NCBI GenBank assembly: GCA_028283765.1
Contig: JAPWJY010000001.1
Location: forward strand, 2,357 to 66,356
Direction: 5' to 3'
DNA from: Parvibaculaceae bacterium
GTDB taxonomy: Bacteria; Pseudomonadota; Alphaproteobacteria; Parvibaculales; Parvibaculaceae
DNA: 64,000 nt
Shown: positions 1-10,106 of the stretch, one piece after another
Position numbering within the stretch: position 1 is the first letter of the stretch
Layout: each line of letters opens with the position of its first letter
Program-made: the position numbers and the translations under genes
Notes under the pieces: model-generated
Told to the model about the DNA's origin: nothing
Databases searched by the model: none
What the model saw: the letters and a program-made list of their open reading frames with translations, nothing else

Positions 1-364
1 CGGTGAAGCTGTGCGGCCCCGTCACGCGCGGGACGAAACCGCTGTCGCGGAGCAGGGCCTTCAACGCGGCATCGGGCGTCAGCATGCCGCTGACCTCGCT
101 TGAGCGCCGTCCAAGCACCAGATCACCATCACAAAAAATCTCCCGTCCGGTGATCGCGCTATAGCTGTCGAGCGCCGAGGCCAACGGCTGGGGCGGAATA
201 TCGAAACTGAACCGCCCGCCATGGCCGGCAGCATCTCCTTGTCCAGCCGCTGTCACCGGCCCGCCTGCGAGCATGAAACTCCCCAGAGAGACGGCAAGGA
301 AAAGAACCCACGCTCGATGGGAGCGAAACGAAGTCCGACATATTGGAACCTGAGCAGGATACAT
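1..364 (-). CDS. TonB-dependent receptor/transducer, N-terminal part only (signal peptide + STN signalling domain); gene runs off the left window edge
   Basis: Edge-truncated ORF, absent from the ORF track, read by hand from ATG at 364. MYPAQVPICRTSFRSHRAWVLFLAVSLGSFMLAGGPVTAAGQ looks like a signal peptide. FSFDIPPQPLASALDSYSAITGREIF...LTPDAALKALLRDSGF matches the STN domain pattern of FecA-type transducers. Confidence 0.5.
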   Translation of the reverse strand, partial: MYPAQVPICRTSFRSHRAWVLFLAVSLGSFMLAGGPVTAAGQGDAAGHGGRFSFDIPPQPLASALDSYSAITGREIFCDGDLVLGRRSSEVSGMLTPDAALKALLRDSGFVPRVTGPHSFT

Positions 365-615
365 GATGCCGCGGGATCGGCCCGCTCCTTGCGTCACCAG
401 CCGGGAGTGCAACACAGCCATAAAAGATCGACGGCACGCCGACGATGCCGGACGCGGACCGGGCGACCATAGATGCGGAGTATGACAGCTATGTGTATGT
501 CAGGCCCGAACATGGCGGCGGCCATGCCGGGACAAATCAGGCGATCCCGGCCGGGGAAAAGAGCCTTCACCCCGAAAATGCTAAAAAATTATTGAGATGC
601 GTCGCTGGGGATATC

Positions 616-689
616 TGGAGCGGGTGAAGGGAATCGAACCCTCGTCGTCTGCTTGGGAAGCAGTTGCTCTGCCATTGAGCTACACCCGC
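616..689 (-). tRNA. tRNA-Gly (anticodon CCC), CCA encoded
   Basis: Reverse complement is GCGGGTGTAGCTCAATGGCAGAGCAACTGCTTCCCAAGCAGACGACGAGGGTTCGATTCCCTTCACCCGCTCCA. Acceptor stem GCGGGTG/CACCCGC, D stem GCTC/GAGC, anticodon loop TTCCCAA, T loop GGTTCGATTCC. Very similar to E. coli glyU. Confidence 0.95.
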
Positions 690-737
690 AACGCGTCCGC
701 TTTTACCACGAACCCGCCCGGACGCCATAGGGTCCGT

Positions 738-1430
738 TCACTTAAAAAAGAGCCATATCAGCGGCAGGGCGATGGCGGTCAGGATGGCGTTGAGCGTCAT
801 GGCCACCCCTGAAAACGTGCCTGCCACGAAAGAAACCTGAAAGGCCCGCGCCGTTCCCATGCCGTGGGCGGCGGTCCCCATCGCGAAGCCGCGCGCCCGG
901 GGATCCCGGACGCCCAGCACATTGAAGACCGCGCTGCCGCAGACGGCCCCTATGCCACCGGTCAGGATCACCAGGGCCGCGGCAAGCGCCGGAATCCCGC
1001 CAATCTCGCTCGCGACGGCCATGGCGATCGGCGTCGTCACGGACTTGGGCGCAAGCGTGCTCACGATTTCAGGGGTCGCGCCAAGCGCCCATGCGATCAT
1101 CACCGCCGAACCGGCCGCCGTGGCCGAGCCCAGCACCAGCGCCACCGTGAGCGGCAGCAGCGCGCTGCGCACCTGTGCGAAATTGAGATAGAGCGGCACG
1201 GCGAGCGCCACCGTACCCGGCCCCAGAAACCACAGCAGCACGGAGCCCGCAGGCCGGTAGGCCTCATAGCTGCGCCCGCCGAGCAGCAACAGACCGATGA
1301 GGATCGCGGCCGCGATCAGCACCGGGCTTGCCGCCGGATGACCATTGAGTCTGCGCTGGAATTCCCGGGCGAGCCAGTAAAGGCCGATGGTCAGAACAAG
1401 CCAGAATATGCCTTCCAGCACGCCGCTCAT
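738..1430 (-). CDS. LrgB/CidB family membrane protein
   Basis: Polytopic membrane ORF with LrgB-like motifs (LAPKSVTTPIAMAVASEIGG, GFAMGTAAHGMGTARA). Start taken at MSGVLEG, whose ATG overlaps the upstream lrgA-like stop (ATGA). The track ORF extends to 1478. Confidence 0.85.
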   Translation of the reverse strand: MSGVLEGIFWLVLTIGLYWLAREFQRRLNGHPAASPVLIAAAILIGLLLLGGRSYEAYRPAGSVLLWFLGPGTVALAVPLYLNFAQVRSALLPLTVALVLGSATAAGSAVMIAWALGATPEIVSTLAPKSVTTPIAMAVASEIGGIPALAAALVILTGGIGAVCGSAVFNVLGVRDPRARGFAMGTAAHGMGTARAFQVSFVAGTFSGVAMTLNAILTAIALPLIWLFFK

Positions 1431-1831
1431 GAGCCTTCTCCATCCGGCATGTGCCGCCCGGTCCGCCGCGCCACCCACTGGAACACGAGTGACCCGACAA
1501 TGAGCGCCAGAAAGGTGCTGCCGAACAGCGCCGCGACAATGGGAAGCCAGTCCTGACGCACGAGCGCGGCATAGGCCATCACCCCCACGCCCGCCGGAAT
1601 ATAGAAAAGATTGAGATGGCCGATCATGAACTCGGCCGTCTCGCGCAACAGCAGCGGCACCTTGCCCAACGCGGCAAGCACCCCCAGCAGGACCAGGATC
1701 CCGACCACGGGACCCGGCACCGGGAGATGAAGGAAAGACGAGAGCAATCCGCCCGCCATATTGCAGGCGACCAGGACCGCAAACGCCACTACAAGCCCGG
1801 AAACACGACGCAATCCAGACGGTTTTTCCAC
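1427..1831 (-). CDS. CidA/LrgA family holin-like membrane protein
   Basis: 134-aa protein with four hydrophobic helices. Translationally coupled to the LrgB-like gene, the typical lrgAB pair. Confidence 0.85.
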   Translation of the reverse strand: MEKPSGLRRVSGLVVAFAVLVACNMAGGLLSSFLHLPVPGPVVGILVLLGVLAALGKVPLLLRETAEFMIGHLNLFYIPAGVGVMAYAALVRQDWLPIVAALFGSTFLALIVGSLVFQWVARRTGRHMPDGEGS

Positions 1832-1833
1832 GT

Positions 1834-2994
1834 TCAGGGCGCCTTGAAATGTTTGGACAGTTTCAGGCCCTGTTTTTGATAGTTGGAGCCGATGCCCGAA
1901 CCATAAAGTTCGGCGGGCCGGTCGGTCAGCCGCTCATAGACCAGCCGCCCGATGATCTGGCCATGCTCCAGAATGAAGGGCACGTCATGGCTGCGCACCT
2001 CGAGCACCGCGCGGCTGCCGCCGCCGTTCGACTCGCGCGCGCCGAAACCCGGATCGAAAAAGCCCGCATAATGGACGCGAAACTCGCCGACCAGCGGGTT
2101 GTAGGGCACCATTTCGGCGGCGTGGGTCGGCGGCACATGCACCGATTCCGCCGAGGCCAGAATGTAGAACTCGCCGGGATCAAGGATAAGTCCCTTGCCG
2201 GAACGCAGAAAGACCGGATCCCAGTAGTCTGATGCTTCATAGGCCCCGACCTGATCGACGTCGATCAGGCCCGCATAGCGCCGGGCGCGGTAACCGATGG
2301 GCTTGCCCTCGCGTTCCGGGCGCAGCGATACGGTGAGGCCGAGGCCATGGTTGATGTCGGGCACGCCATCGACGAGCCCGACCTCGTCATGGAGGCGCTT
2401 CAGGTCGGCGTCCGTGAAGGTGGAGGTGCCGCGGCGGAACCTGATCTGGGCGAGGCGCGAGCCCTGCCGCACGATGATCGGGAAGGTGCGCGGGCTTATC
2501 TCCAGATAGAGGTGGCCCTTGTAGCCCGGAGCCACCTTGTCGAACTCCGCGCCGAAATCGGTGATAAGCCGGGTGAAGACATCAAGCCGCCCGGTCGAGC
2601 TTTTGGGATTGGCCATGGCCGAGGTGCGCTCGGAAAGCGCCAGCGCCTCCATCAGCGGCACCAGATAGACGCAGCCCGTTTCCAGCACCGCGCTGCCGGT
2701 CAGGTCGATCTTGTGGAGCGCCAGTTCCTCGACCCGGTTCATCACGCTTTCGTCCGGCCCCGGCAGGAAGCTTGCGCGCAACCGGTAGGCGACCGGACCG
2801 AGGCGCAGATCAAGGCTCGCGGGCTGGATCTGCTCCTTGCCGATGGTGCCCGCGCCCCAGATTTCCTGCTCGCGGACAAGGGCGGCAATGCCATGGGCGG
2901 GCAGAATGCCCGTGGTGAAGGGAGCTCCCGGCCCGGCATGGCGGAATGCCGTGCCGTCATGATCGGGAAAAAGATTGTCCGCCGCTTTGCTCAT
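1834..2994 (-). CDS. 2'-deoxycytidine 5'-triphosphate deaminase (long DCD family)
   Basis: About 386 aa from MSKAADNLFPD. Repeated dCTP-deaminase/dUTPase-like fold motifs (IQPASLDLRLG, GYKGHLYLEISP, GFFDPGFG). Track ORF extends to 3090; start uncertain. Confidence 0.8.
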   Translation of the reverse strand: MSKAADNLFPDHDGTAFRHAGPGAPFTTGILPAHGIAALVREQEIWGAGTIGKEQIQPASLDLRLGPVAYRLRASFLPGPDESVMNRVEELALHKIDLTGSAVLETGCVYLVPLMEALALSERTSAMANPKSSTGRLDVFTRLITDFGAEFDKVAPGYKGHLYLEISPRTFPIIVRQGSRLAQIRFRRGTSTFTDADLKRLHDEVGLVDGVPDINHGLGLTVSLRPEREGKPIGYRARRYAGLIDVDQVGAYEASDYWDPVFLRSGKGLILDPGEFYILASAESVHVPPTHAAEMVPYNPLVGEFRVHYAGFFDPGFGARESNGGGSRAVLEVRSHDVPFILEHGQIIGRLVYERLTDRPAELYGSGIGSNYQKQGLKLSKHFKAP

Positions 2995-3121
2995 GCCTGT
3001 GGGTGCGCCTGCTGATGCGAGTAAACGGGTGACCTTATACGACCGCGGAGGCACGAACGCCAAGCCGCGCCTCATGATCATGCTGGACAAGCCCCTCTTA
3101 TTTCCCTAAAAATCAGCGCGT

Positions 3122-3180
3122 TCCGTGGTGATTTGAGCCGACCGGCTTGCGGCCACGTTAAATAAATCGCTAAAAAAGGT
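3122..3180 (+). promoter_or_regulatory. SAM-II (metA-type, SAM_alpha) riboswitch in the metZ leader
   Basis: CGTGGTGATTTGAGCCGACCGGCTTGCGGCCACGTTAAATAAATCGCTAAAAAAGG. P1 stem CGTGG (3124-3128) pairs with CCACG (3153-3157). Conserved GATTT and GGCTTG are present, and the 3' AAATCGCTAAAAAAG can pseudoknot with TGATTT. Sits 60 nt upstream of a methionine-biosynthesis gene. Confidence 0.7.
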
Positions 3181-3241
3181 CGGGCGCGAAGCCTCGAGCC
3201 CCCTTTCCGGCCGGGGTTTTTTTGTTTTCAGGAGCCCGCGC

Positions 3242-4447
3242 ATGAGCCAGTCCGATGACCTCCCAAATGCCCGCACCACATGGCGTCCCCGCACCAATCT
3301 CGTTCATGGCGGCACCGTCCGCTCTTCCTTCGGCGAGACCAGCGAGGCCATGTTCCTGACCTCGGGGTATACCTACGAGACCATGGAAGCAGCCGAGCGG
3401 CGGTTCAGGAACGAGGAGCCAGGCTTCGTCTACAGCCGCTTCTCCAACCCGACCGTGCGCATGTTCGAGGAGCGGATCGCGCTGCTGGAAGGCGCCGAGG
3501 ATGCCCGCGCCACCGCCTCCGGCATGGCGGCGGTAACGGCCGCCCTGTTCTGCCAGTTGCAGGCGGGCGACCATGTGCTGGCGGCCAAGGCCATGTTCGG
3601 CTCCTGCCGCTACATCATCGAGGAACTGCTGCCCCGTTTCGGCGTCAGCTCGACGCTGATCGACGGGCGCGACCTCGACGCCTGGAAAAAGGCCGTCCAG
3701 CCCAACACGAAGGTCTTTTTTCTCGAAACGCCGTCCAACCCGACCCTCGAAATCATCGATCTGCGCGCCGTCGCCGGCATCGCCCATGACGCAGGCGCGC
3801 GCCTTGTCGTGGACAATGTGTTCGCCACGCCCATCCTGCAGCGCCCGTTCGAATTCGGGGCGGACGTCGTGGTCTATTCCGCGACCAAGCACATCGACGG
3901 GCAGGGCCGATGTCTGGGGGGCGTCGTCCTCTCGGATGCCGCCTTCATCAACGATTACCTCAGCAATTTCCTGCGCCAGACCGGCCCCTCGCTCAGCCCC
4001 TTCAACGCCTGGGTCCTGCTGAAAAGCCTCGAAACCGTGGATCTGCGCGTCCGCGAGCACGCCCGCAACGGCCAGATCGTCGCCGATCTGCTCGACGCCC
4101 ATCCCAAGATCGCACGCACGCTTTACCCGGGTCTGAAAAGCCATCCCCAGCACGAACTGGCCATGAAGCAGATGAGCATGGGCGGCAATATCGTGGCGTT
4201 CGACGTGGCCGGCGGCAAGGATGAAGCGTTCCGCTTCGCCAACGCCTTGAAGATCATCAGGATTTCCAACAATCTGGGTGACGCCAAAAGCCTGCTGACC
4301 CATCCTGCGACGACGACGCACCAGCGCCTGACGCCGGAGGTTCGCGCCGAACTTGGCATTGGAGACGGCACCCTGCGGCTGTCGGTCGGCCTTGAGGACC
4401 CGCAGGACCTTGTGAACGACATCGAAACGGCCCTGGCCCCGCTCTGA
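3242..4447 (+). CDS. metZ: O-succinylhomoserine sulfhydrylase
   Basis: 401 aa of the Cys/Met-metabolism PLP family. N-terminus RPRTNLVHGG...SEAMFLTSGYTY...FVYSRFSNPTV is typical of MetZ. PLP-lysine context YSATKHIDGQG. SD GGAG lies 7 nt upstream. Confidence 0.9.
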   Translation: MSQSDDLPNARTTWRPRTNLVHGGTVRSSFGETSEAMFLTSGYTYETMEAAERRFRNEEPGFVYSRFSNPTVRMFEERIALLEGAEDARATASGMAAVTAALFCQLQAGDHVLAAKAMFGSCRYIIEELLPRFGVSSTLIDGRDLDAWKKAVQPNTKVFFLETPSNPTLEIIDLRAVAGIAHDAGARLVVDNVFATPILQRPFEFGADVVVYSATKHIDGQGRCLGGVVLSDAAFINDYLSNFLRQTGPSLSPFNAWVLLKSLETVDLRVREHARNGQIVADLLDAHPKIARTLYPGLKSHPQHELAMKQMSMGGNIVAFDVAGGKDEAFRFANALKIIRISNNLGDAKSLLTHPATTTHQRLTPEVRAELGIGDGTLRLSVGLEDPQDLVNDIETALAPL

Positions 4448-4519
4448 GGCCGGAGAAAATCATTCGCCGATTCCTTGCCTCAAGCGGGGACCGGCGGACC
4501 GCGAAAGAGGACAATGACC

Positions 4520-4912
4520 ATGTATACCGCGCTGACGAACGCCATCCGCGTATCCGTGGAGCCCTCCTATCTCGACGACCAGTCCGAGCCGGATGAAGGC
4601 CATTTCGTCTGGGCCTATCACATCACCATCGAAAATCTCGGCGCCGAGACCGTCCAGCTTCGCTCGCGCTACTGGCGCATCACCAATGCCAGCGGCCAGG
4701 TGCAGGAAGTGCGCGGCGCAGGCGTCGTCGGCGAGCAGCCCATTCTGGAACCCGGTGAAAGCTTCGAGTACACCAGCGGCACGCCGCTCTCGACGCCCTC
4801 GGGCATCATGGTCGGCAGCTACCGCATGGAAACGGCCGATGGCGATGAATTCGACATCGCCATCCCCGCCTTTTCACTCGACAGCCCGCATGAGGCGCGC
4901 CGCCTGCACTGA
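4520..4912 (+). CDS. apaG: ApaG (DUF525) protein
   Basis: [41 protein letters not shown]...[13 protein letters not shown]...[22 protein letters not shown] is the canonical ApaG sequence pattern. SD GAGGA is 9 nt before the ATG at 4520. Confidence 0.9.
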   Translation: MYTALTNAIRVSVEPSYLDDQSEPDEGHFVWAYHITIENLGAETVQLRSRYWRITNASGQVQEVRGAGVVGEQPILEPGESFEYTSGTPLSTPSGIMVGSYRMETADGDEFDIAIPAFSLDSPHEARRLH

Positions 4913-5007
4913 TCCGGGGCCCAGGAACAGAAACGGGGACGCCGCGGAGTCGCGCCCGGCGTCCGCCTGTGCTCAAATGGCCGGGCTCAAGCCCCTGTGA
5001 GACCCAT

Positions 5008-6180
5008 ATGACGCATGCCCGGCACTACAGCGCCCGCGAACTGATCGACCGGCTCGTTTCGTTCGATACGGTGAGCCGCAACTCCAATCTCGCGCTGATT
5101 GATTTCATCGAAGATTATCTGGCGGGCCATGGCGTCGCCTCGCGCCGGGTCAGCAACGAGGACGGCACCAAGGCCAACCTGTTCGCCACCATAGGCCCCG
5201 CCGGCCGGGCGGGCGGCATCGTGCTCTCGGGTCACACCGATGTGGTGCCGGTCGACGGGCAGGACTGGGCAAGCGATCCCTTCGAGGTCAGCGAGCGCGA
5301 CGGCCGCCTTTATGGCCGGGGCACCTCGGACATGAAGAGCTTCATCGCCCTCGGCCTTGCCGCCCTGCCGGATTTCCTCGCCCGCGAGCTTCAGGTGCCG
5401 ATCCATTTCGCCCTTTCCTATGACGAGGAAGTGGGCTGCCTCGGTGTCCGGCCCATGATCGACGAGATCATCCGCGGCCTGCCCCGCCCGCAGGCGGTGA
5501 TCGTCGGCGAACCGACCATGATGAAGGTCATCAACGCCCACAAGAGCATCCATTCCTTCCACACCACCGTGACGGGCCTTGAGGCCCATTCGAGCGCCAC
5601 GGACGAAGGCGTCAACGCGATCGCCTATGCCTCGGAACTGATCGGCTTCCTCAATCAGCTGGCCGATGAAATGAGGGCGCGCGGGGACAAAAGCGGCCGC
5701 TTCCAGCCCCCCTTCACCACACTCAGCATCGGCGTGATCCTGGGCGGCACCGCCGTCAACATCATCCCGCGCAAATGCACCTTCAGCTGGGAATACCGGT
5801 GCGTACCGGATCAGGACCCCGATGAAATCCTGACCCGCTTCACCGACTATGCCCGGACCCGCATCCTGCCCCGGATGAAGGCGGTATCGCCAGACGCGCA
5901 TATCGAAACGATCCTGCGCGCGGCGTCACCGGGCCTGAGGGCGGAGGATGGATCGAGTGCGGAAACGCTGGTGCTGAAGCTTGCCCGCCAGAACGCGACA
6001 GAGGCGGTTTCCTATGCAACCGAGGCAGGGCTATTCCAGATCGCAGATATCCCCACCGTCGTCTGCGGCCCGGGCGACATAGCCCAGGCCCACAAGCCCG
6101 ACGAATTCATCGAACTGTCCCAGATCGCGGCCTGCGAGGCCTTCATGCAGAGGCTCGCGGCCTTCGCCCATGGAGATTAG
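5008..6180 (+). CDS. argE: acetylornithine deacetylase (M20 peptidase family)
   Basis: About 390 aa from MTHARHYS. M20 motifs SGHTDVVPV, GRGTSDMKS, YDEEVGC. C-terminal CGPGDIAQAHKPDEF is typical of ArgE. Confidence 0.85.
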   Translation: MTHARHYSARELIDRLVSFDTVSRNSNLALIDFIEDYLAGHGVASRRVSNEDGTKANLFATIGPAGRAGGIVLSGHTDVVPVDGQDWASDPFEVSERDGRLYGRGTSDMKSFIALGLAALPDFLARELQVPIHFALSYDEEVGCLGVRPMIDEIIRGLPRPQAVIVGEPTMMKVINAHKSIHSFHTTVTGLEAHSSATDEGVNAIAYASELIGFLNQLADEMRARGDKSGRFQPPFTTLSIGVILGGTAVNIIPRKCTFSWEYRCVPDQDPDEILTRFTDYARTRILPRMKAVSPDAHIETILRAASPGLRAEDGSSAETLVLKLARQNATEAVSYATEAGLFQIADIPTVVCGPGDIAQAHKPDEFIELSQIAACEAFMQRLAAFAHGD

Positions 6181-6194
6181 CCGCCCCATAGGCT

Positions 6195-6812
6195 CTAGCG
6201 AACGATGATCTGGCCCATGGAGGCGCGAATCTGCGTCTCGAAGGATGTGTCGAACTGGGCGGCCAGCGCCTGAATCAGCGCCGAATAGGCCGCATCCCGG
6301 TCATTCAGGCTGGCGCTTTGCAGCACCGTGCGGGTGGCTTTCGCCACCACATTGGCCGAATAGCCGGTAATCATGCCCGGCTGAAGCACGGTGAGGCGCG
6401 CGCGCAGCGTGCCGGTGAGTTTCGTGTCCGGCTCGTCGGAGACAAGCCCGGCCAGCCCTGTCTTCGTCTTCAGCGGCTCGCTGACAACGCTCCCCTCCTC
6501 AATGGTGAGCGTCGCCGTGCCCTGACGCCCGACAGCGACGAGGCGCGCATTGCCCCAGCCCTCGGCGACCGAGACCGGCGTCACGGAATGGCTGTTTTCC
6601 AGATGATCCGTAGAGGAAGGCGGCGCGTAGCTGTTCTGGATACTGATCTGGGCCACGTCGAGCTTGAGCGGCGGCTTGGCCGTGAAGCTGACCTGCTTGA
6701 CCTGCGTGGAGGGCGGCGGACCGCCGGCACAGGCGCCAAGCGCCAGCAGGCCCAGCAGCGCCGAGGCGGCGGCAAGACCACGCAGGGAGAATATGGAGGT
6801 AAAAGCACTCAT
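6195..6812 (-). CDS. conserved hypothetical lipoprotein
   Basis: 205 aa. Signal peptide with lipobox LLALGAC. No recognisable catalytic motifs. Confidence 0.7.
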   Translation of the reverse strand: MSAFTSIFSLRGLAAASALLGLLALGACAGGPPPSTQVKQVSFTAKPPLKLDVAQISIQNSYAPPSSTDHLENSHSVTPVSVAEGWGNARLVAVGRQGTATLTIEEGSVVSEPLKTKTGLAGLVSDEPDTKLTGTLRARLTVLQPGMITGYSANVVAKATRTVLQSASLNDRDAAYSALIQALAAQFDTSFETQIRASMGQIIVR

Positions 6813-7849
6813 GATGATCGTTCCTCTGAGGCCCTCGACCCCGCAGATGATACATCGGCCGCGTCCGGCCGATGCAGTTCTTCCGGCGTAAAATTATAGA
6901 CCGTACTGCAAAAGTCGCAGGTGGCGCTGATCACGCCATCGACAATCATATGGGCGATGTCATCGTCCCCGAAGGTGCTGAGCACATCCTCCAGCCGTTC
7001 ACGCGAGCAATGGCAGCCGAAGGCGACCGGCACCGGCTCGAACACGCGCACGCCATCCTCGTGGAAAAGCTGGAACAGCAGCCGTTCGGAGGAAAGCGCC
7101 GGGTCGAGCAGTTCATGGTCCTTGACCGTGTCGAGCAGCAGCACCGAACGGTTCCAGTCCTCGTCCGCATCGGTGAACGGGCGTTCATCGCCCTCGGCGC
7201 GATAACCGGTGATGCCGCCTTCGCGCGCGATATGCTGGATCATGATTGCCCCCGCTCGCCACGCGGTTTCGCCATGCCCGTCCACATTGCGCTGGTAGAG
7301 AGGCCCCGCGGCAAGGCGAATCCGGGTTGCGATCTGCTCGGAACGCTCGAAATATTCATGCGCCGCCTGAAGGAAGCCGCCTTCCCCCAGTGGCACGATG
7401 CCCTGATAGGTGTCCATGTCCTCGCCCTGATCGACCGTCATGGCAAGTTGCCCGGTGCCGAGCAGGCTGGCTGCCGTAATAGCCCCGTTCCCGGCAAGCG
7501 CCTCGTAGCGGGCACTGTCGAGATGGGCGTAGCCACGCATCGTACCTGGCGTCTCGTAATCCACCACGAGCATGCTGACCGGGCCGTCGCTCTGGGCCTG
7601 AAGGGTGAAACGGCCCTCGAACTTGAGGGCCGCTCCCAGCATCGACGTCAGCGCCATCGCCTCCGCCAGCAGGCGCGATACAGGTTCGGGATAGGCGTGG
7701 CGGGTCAGCACATGATGGACGAGCGGCCCCAGCCGCACGATCCGCCCGCGCACGCCCCCGGACACGCCAATGCCACCGACCTGAAAGGACTGCACCATGT
7801 CGTCGCGACCGGCGGACGCCTCTTCAAACACAAGCTTCCCGGCCGCCAT
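6809..7849 (-). CDS. hslO: Hsp33 redox-regulated chaperonin
   Basis: Hsp33 core plus the C-terminal zinc/redox switch CHCSRE...CDFCSTVY. Start taken at MAAGK, whose ATG shares one base with the argF stop (TGATG). The track ORF starts at 7861, and another candidate start is 7798. Confidence 0.88.
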   Translation of the reverse strand: MAAGKLVFEEASAGRDDMVQSFQVGGIGVSGGVRGRIVRLGPLVHHVLTRHAYPEPVSRLLAEAMALTSMLGAALKFEGRFTLQAQSDGPVSMLVVDYETPGTMRGYAHLDSARYEALAGNGAITAASLLGTGQLAMTVDQGEDMDTYQGIVPLGEGGFLQAAHEYFERSEQIATRIRLAAGPLYQRNVDGHGETAWRAGAIMIQHIAREGGITGYRAEGDERPFTDADEDWNRSVLLLDTVKDHELLDPALSSERLLFQLFHEDGVRVFEPVPVAFGCHCSRERLEDVLSTFGDDDIAHMIVDGVISATCDFCSTVYNFTPEELHRPDAADVSSAGSRASEERSS

Positions 7850-8781
7850 CAGCGGAAGCACCAGGCCAGAACGCCCTTCTGGGCATGGAGGCGGTTTTCG
7901 GCCTCGGCCCAGATGACCGACTGGGGACCGTCGATCACCTCGGCGGTCACTTCCTCGCCGCGATGGGCGGGCAGGCAGTGCATGAAAATCGCATCCTTGC
8001 GCGCGGCGGCCATGAGCTTGCCCGTGACCTGATAGGGCGCGAGCAGATTATGGCGCCGCGCCGCCGTATCGGCCGCGGTGCCCATGGAAACCCATGTATC
8101 CGCGACCACGCATTCGGCCCCGTCCACCGCCTCATAGGGATCGGTGGTGACGCTGACTTTCGCGCCCAGATCGCGCGCCCAGCCGAGCGCTTCGGGCAGG
8201 GGAGCCAGTTCCGGCGGGCAGGCCAGCCGCAGTTCGAAATCGAACTGCGCGGCGGCGTGAATCCAGCTCGTCGCGACATTGTTGCCGTCGCCCGCCCAGG
8301 CGACGACCTTGCCCGCGATGGGCCCGCGATGCTCCTCGAAGGTCAGCACGTCGGCCATGATCTGGCAGGGGTGGGTCTTGTCCGTCAGCCCGTTGATGAC
8401 GGGCACGGTTGCATATTCGGCCAGTTCCAGCAGATGCTCATGGGCCGTGGTGCGGATCATGATGGCGTCGACATAGCCGGAAAGCACCCGCGCCGTGTCG
8501 GCGATGGTCTCGCCCCGGCCAAGCTGCATTTCCTGCCCGTTAAGCATGATCGTCGAGCCGCCAAGCTGGCGCATGGCGACATCGAAGGAAACGCGCGTCC
8601 GGGTGGACGGCTTCTCGAAAATAAGGGCGAGCAGGCGGCCTTCGAGCGGACGGTCCTGGTCAGGCGCGGCCTGCCCCTTGCCGCCCCGCCCCGCCTTGCG
8701 CGACTTCGAGGCGTCGATGATGCCCCGCAGATCCTGCGCGTCGATAACGTCGAGATCGAGGAAATGCCGCGGACCACTCAT
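7849..8781 (-). CDS. argF: ornithine carbamoyltransferase
   Basis: 310 aa with the carbamoyl-phosphate motif STRTR ([12 protein letters not shown]), plus HPCQ and HCLPA motifs. Confidence 0.95.
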   Translation of the reverse strand: MSGPRHFLDLDVIDAQDLRGIIDASKSRKAGRGGKGQAAPDQDRPLEGRLLALIFEKPSTRTRVSFDVAMRQLGGSTIMLNGQEMQLGRGETIADTARVLSGYVDAIMIRTTAHEHLLELAEYATVPVINGLTDKTHPCQIMADVLTFEEHRGPIAGKVVAWAGDGNNVATSWIHAAAQFDFELRLACPPELAPLPEALGWARDLGAKVSVTTDPYEAVDGAECVVADTWVSMGTAADTAARRHNLLAPYQVTGKLMAAARKDAIFMHCLPAHRGEEVTAEVIDGPQSVIWAEAENRLHAQKGVLAWCFR

Positions 8782-9962
8782 GCTGCGGCCTCCTTTTCAA
8801 GCGCGATACAGGCAGCCGAGATCATGCCGGCCGCCTCCTCCATATGGCTGTCGTCGATGATGAGCGGCGGCAGCAGGCGCACCACATTGTCGCCTGCATT
8901 GACGACAAGCAGATGTTGCGCGCGCACCGCCTCGGTGAAGGCCGTGTTGGGCACCCGGGTCCTGATGCCGAGCATCAGCCCCTCGCCCCGTATTTCCTCG
9001 ATGATCGTGGGGTGCTGGTCGGCCAGCATGGCGAGCTTCTGCTTCAGCTTGAGCCCCATGCCCTTCACATGATCGAGAAAGCCGTCGGCCAGCACCACAT
9101 CCATGACCGCACCACCGACCGCCATCGCCAGCGGGTTGCCGCCGAACGTGGAGCCGTGGGTACCGGGCGTCATGCCTCGGGCGGCCTCTTCGGTCGCAAG
9201 GCAGGCCCCGACCGGAAAGCCCCCGCCGAGCGCCTTGGCGATGGCCATGATGTCAGGCGTGATGCCGGAGGACTCATGCGCGAACAGAGTGCCGGTCCGG
9301 CCCACGCCGGTCTGGACCTCGTCGAGCACCAGCAGAATGCCCTCCCGGTCGCAAATCTCGCGCAGGCGGCGCATATCCGGGCCGGGGACGGAGCGAAGCC
9401 CCCCCTCGCCCTGTATCGGCTCGATCAGGATGCCGGCCGTGGCCGGGCCGATGGCGGCTTCCAGCGCCTTGAAGTCGCCGAAGGGCACCTGCGGGAAGCC
9501 CGGCGTTTTCGGGCCGAAGCCCTCGAGATATTTCTCCTGCCCGCCCGCCGCGATGGTGGCGAGCGTGCGGCCATGGAAAGCGCCCTCGAAGGTGATCAGT
9601 TCATAGCGCTCTGGCGCGCCCGCGGCCGCATGATATTTGCGCGCCATCTTGATCGCGCATTCCAGCGCCTCGGCGCCTGAATTGGTGAAAAAGACGGTAT
9701 CGGCGAAGGTCGCCCCGGTCAGGCGGCGGGCCAGCGCCTCCTGCCCCGGAATGCGGAACACGTTGGAGATGTGCCAGAGCTTGTGGGCCTGATCGCTCAA
9801 CGCCTCGACGAGTTTGGGATGGGCATGGCCCAGCGCATTGACCGCGATGCCCGCCATGAAATCGAGATATCGCTCGCCCGAGGCCGTAAAGAGATAGGCT
9901 CCCTCGCCCCGTTCGAACTCGATATCGACCCTCGAATAGGTCGGCAATACAGGCGTAATCAC
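8778..9962 (-). CDS. argD: acetylornithine aminotransferase (class-III PLP enzyme)
   Basis: [21 protein letters not shown]-terminus, [11 protein letters not shown], and PLP lysine in [13 protein letters not shown]. Start proposed at the GTG at 9962 (VITPV), preceded by GGGAG. The track ORF extends to 10040. Confidence 0.88.
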   Translation of the reverse strand: MITPVLPTYSRVDIEFERGEGAYLFTASGERYLDFMAGIAVNALGHAHPKLVEALSDQAHKLWHISNVFRIPGQEALARRLTGATFADTVFFTNSGAEALECAIKMARKYHAAAGAPERYELITFEGAFHGRTLATIAAGGQEKYLEGFGPKTPGFPQVPFGDFKALEAAIGPATAGILIEPIQGEGGLRSVPGPDMRRLREICDREGILLVLDEVQTGVGRTGTLFAHESSGITPDIMAIAKALGGGFPVGACLATEEAARGMTPGTHGSTFGGNPLAMAVGGAVMDVVLADGFLDHVKGMGLKLKQKLAMLADQHPTIIEEIRGEGLMLGIRTRVPNTAFTEAVRAQHLLVVNAGDNVVRLLPPLIIDDSHMEEAAGMISAACIALEKEAAA

Positions 9963-10106
9963 GATTTTGCTCCCGGGCACCCGGCATGGGTTGCGCCAAT
10001 AGAAAAAGCCGCCGAAACCGGCGGCAGTCCTTGAAGCCACGAACTATCCGCCAGAGCGGCTATCCCTGTCAATTGAAGGCTTGCCGGAATGCGGGGACTT
10101 CCGCAC

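Noticed and set aside
7885-9072. 395-aa plus-strand ORF
   Set aside because: Antisense to argF and argD, both of which have clear catalytic motifs and coupled start/stop codons.
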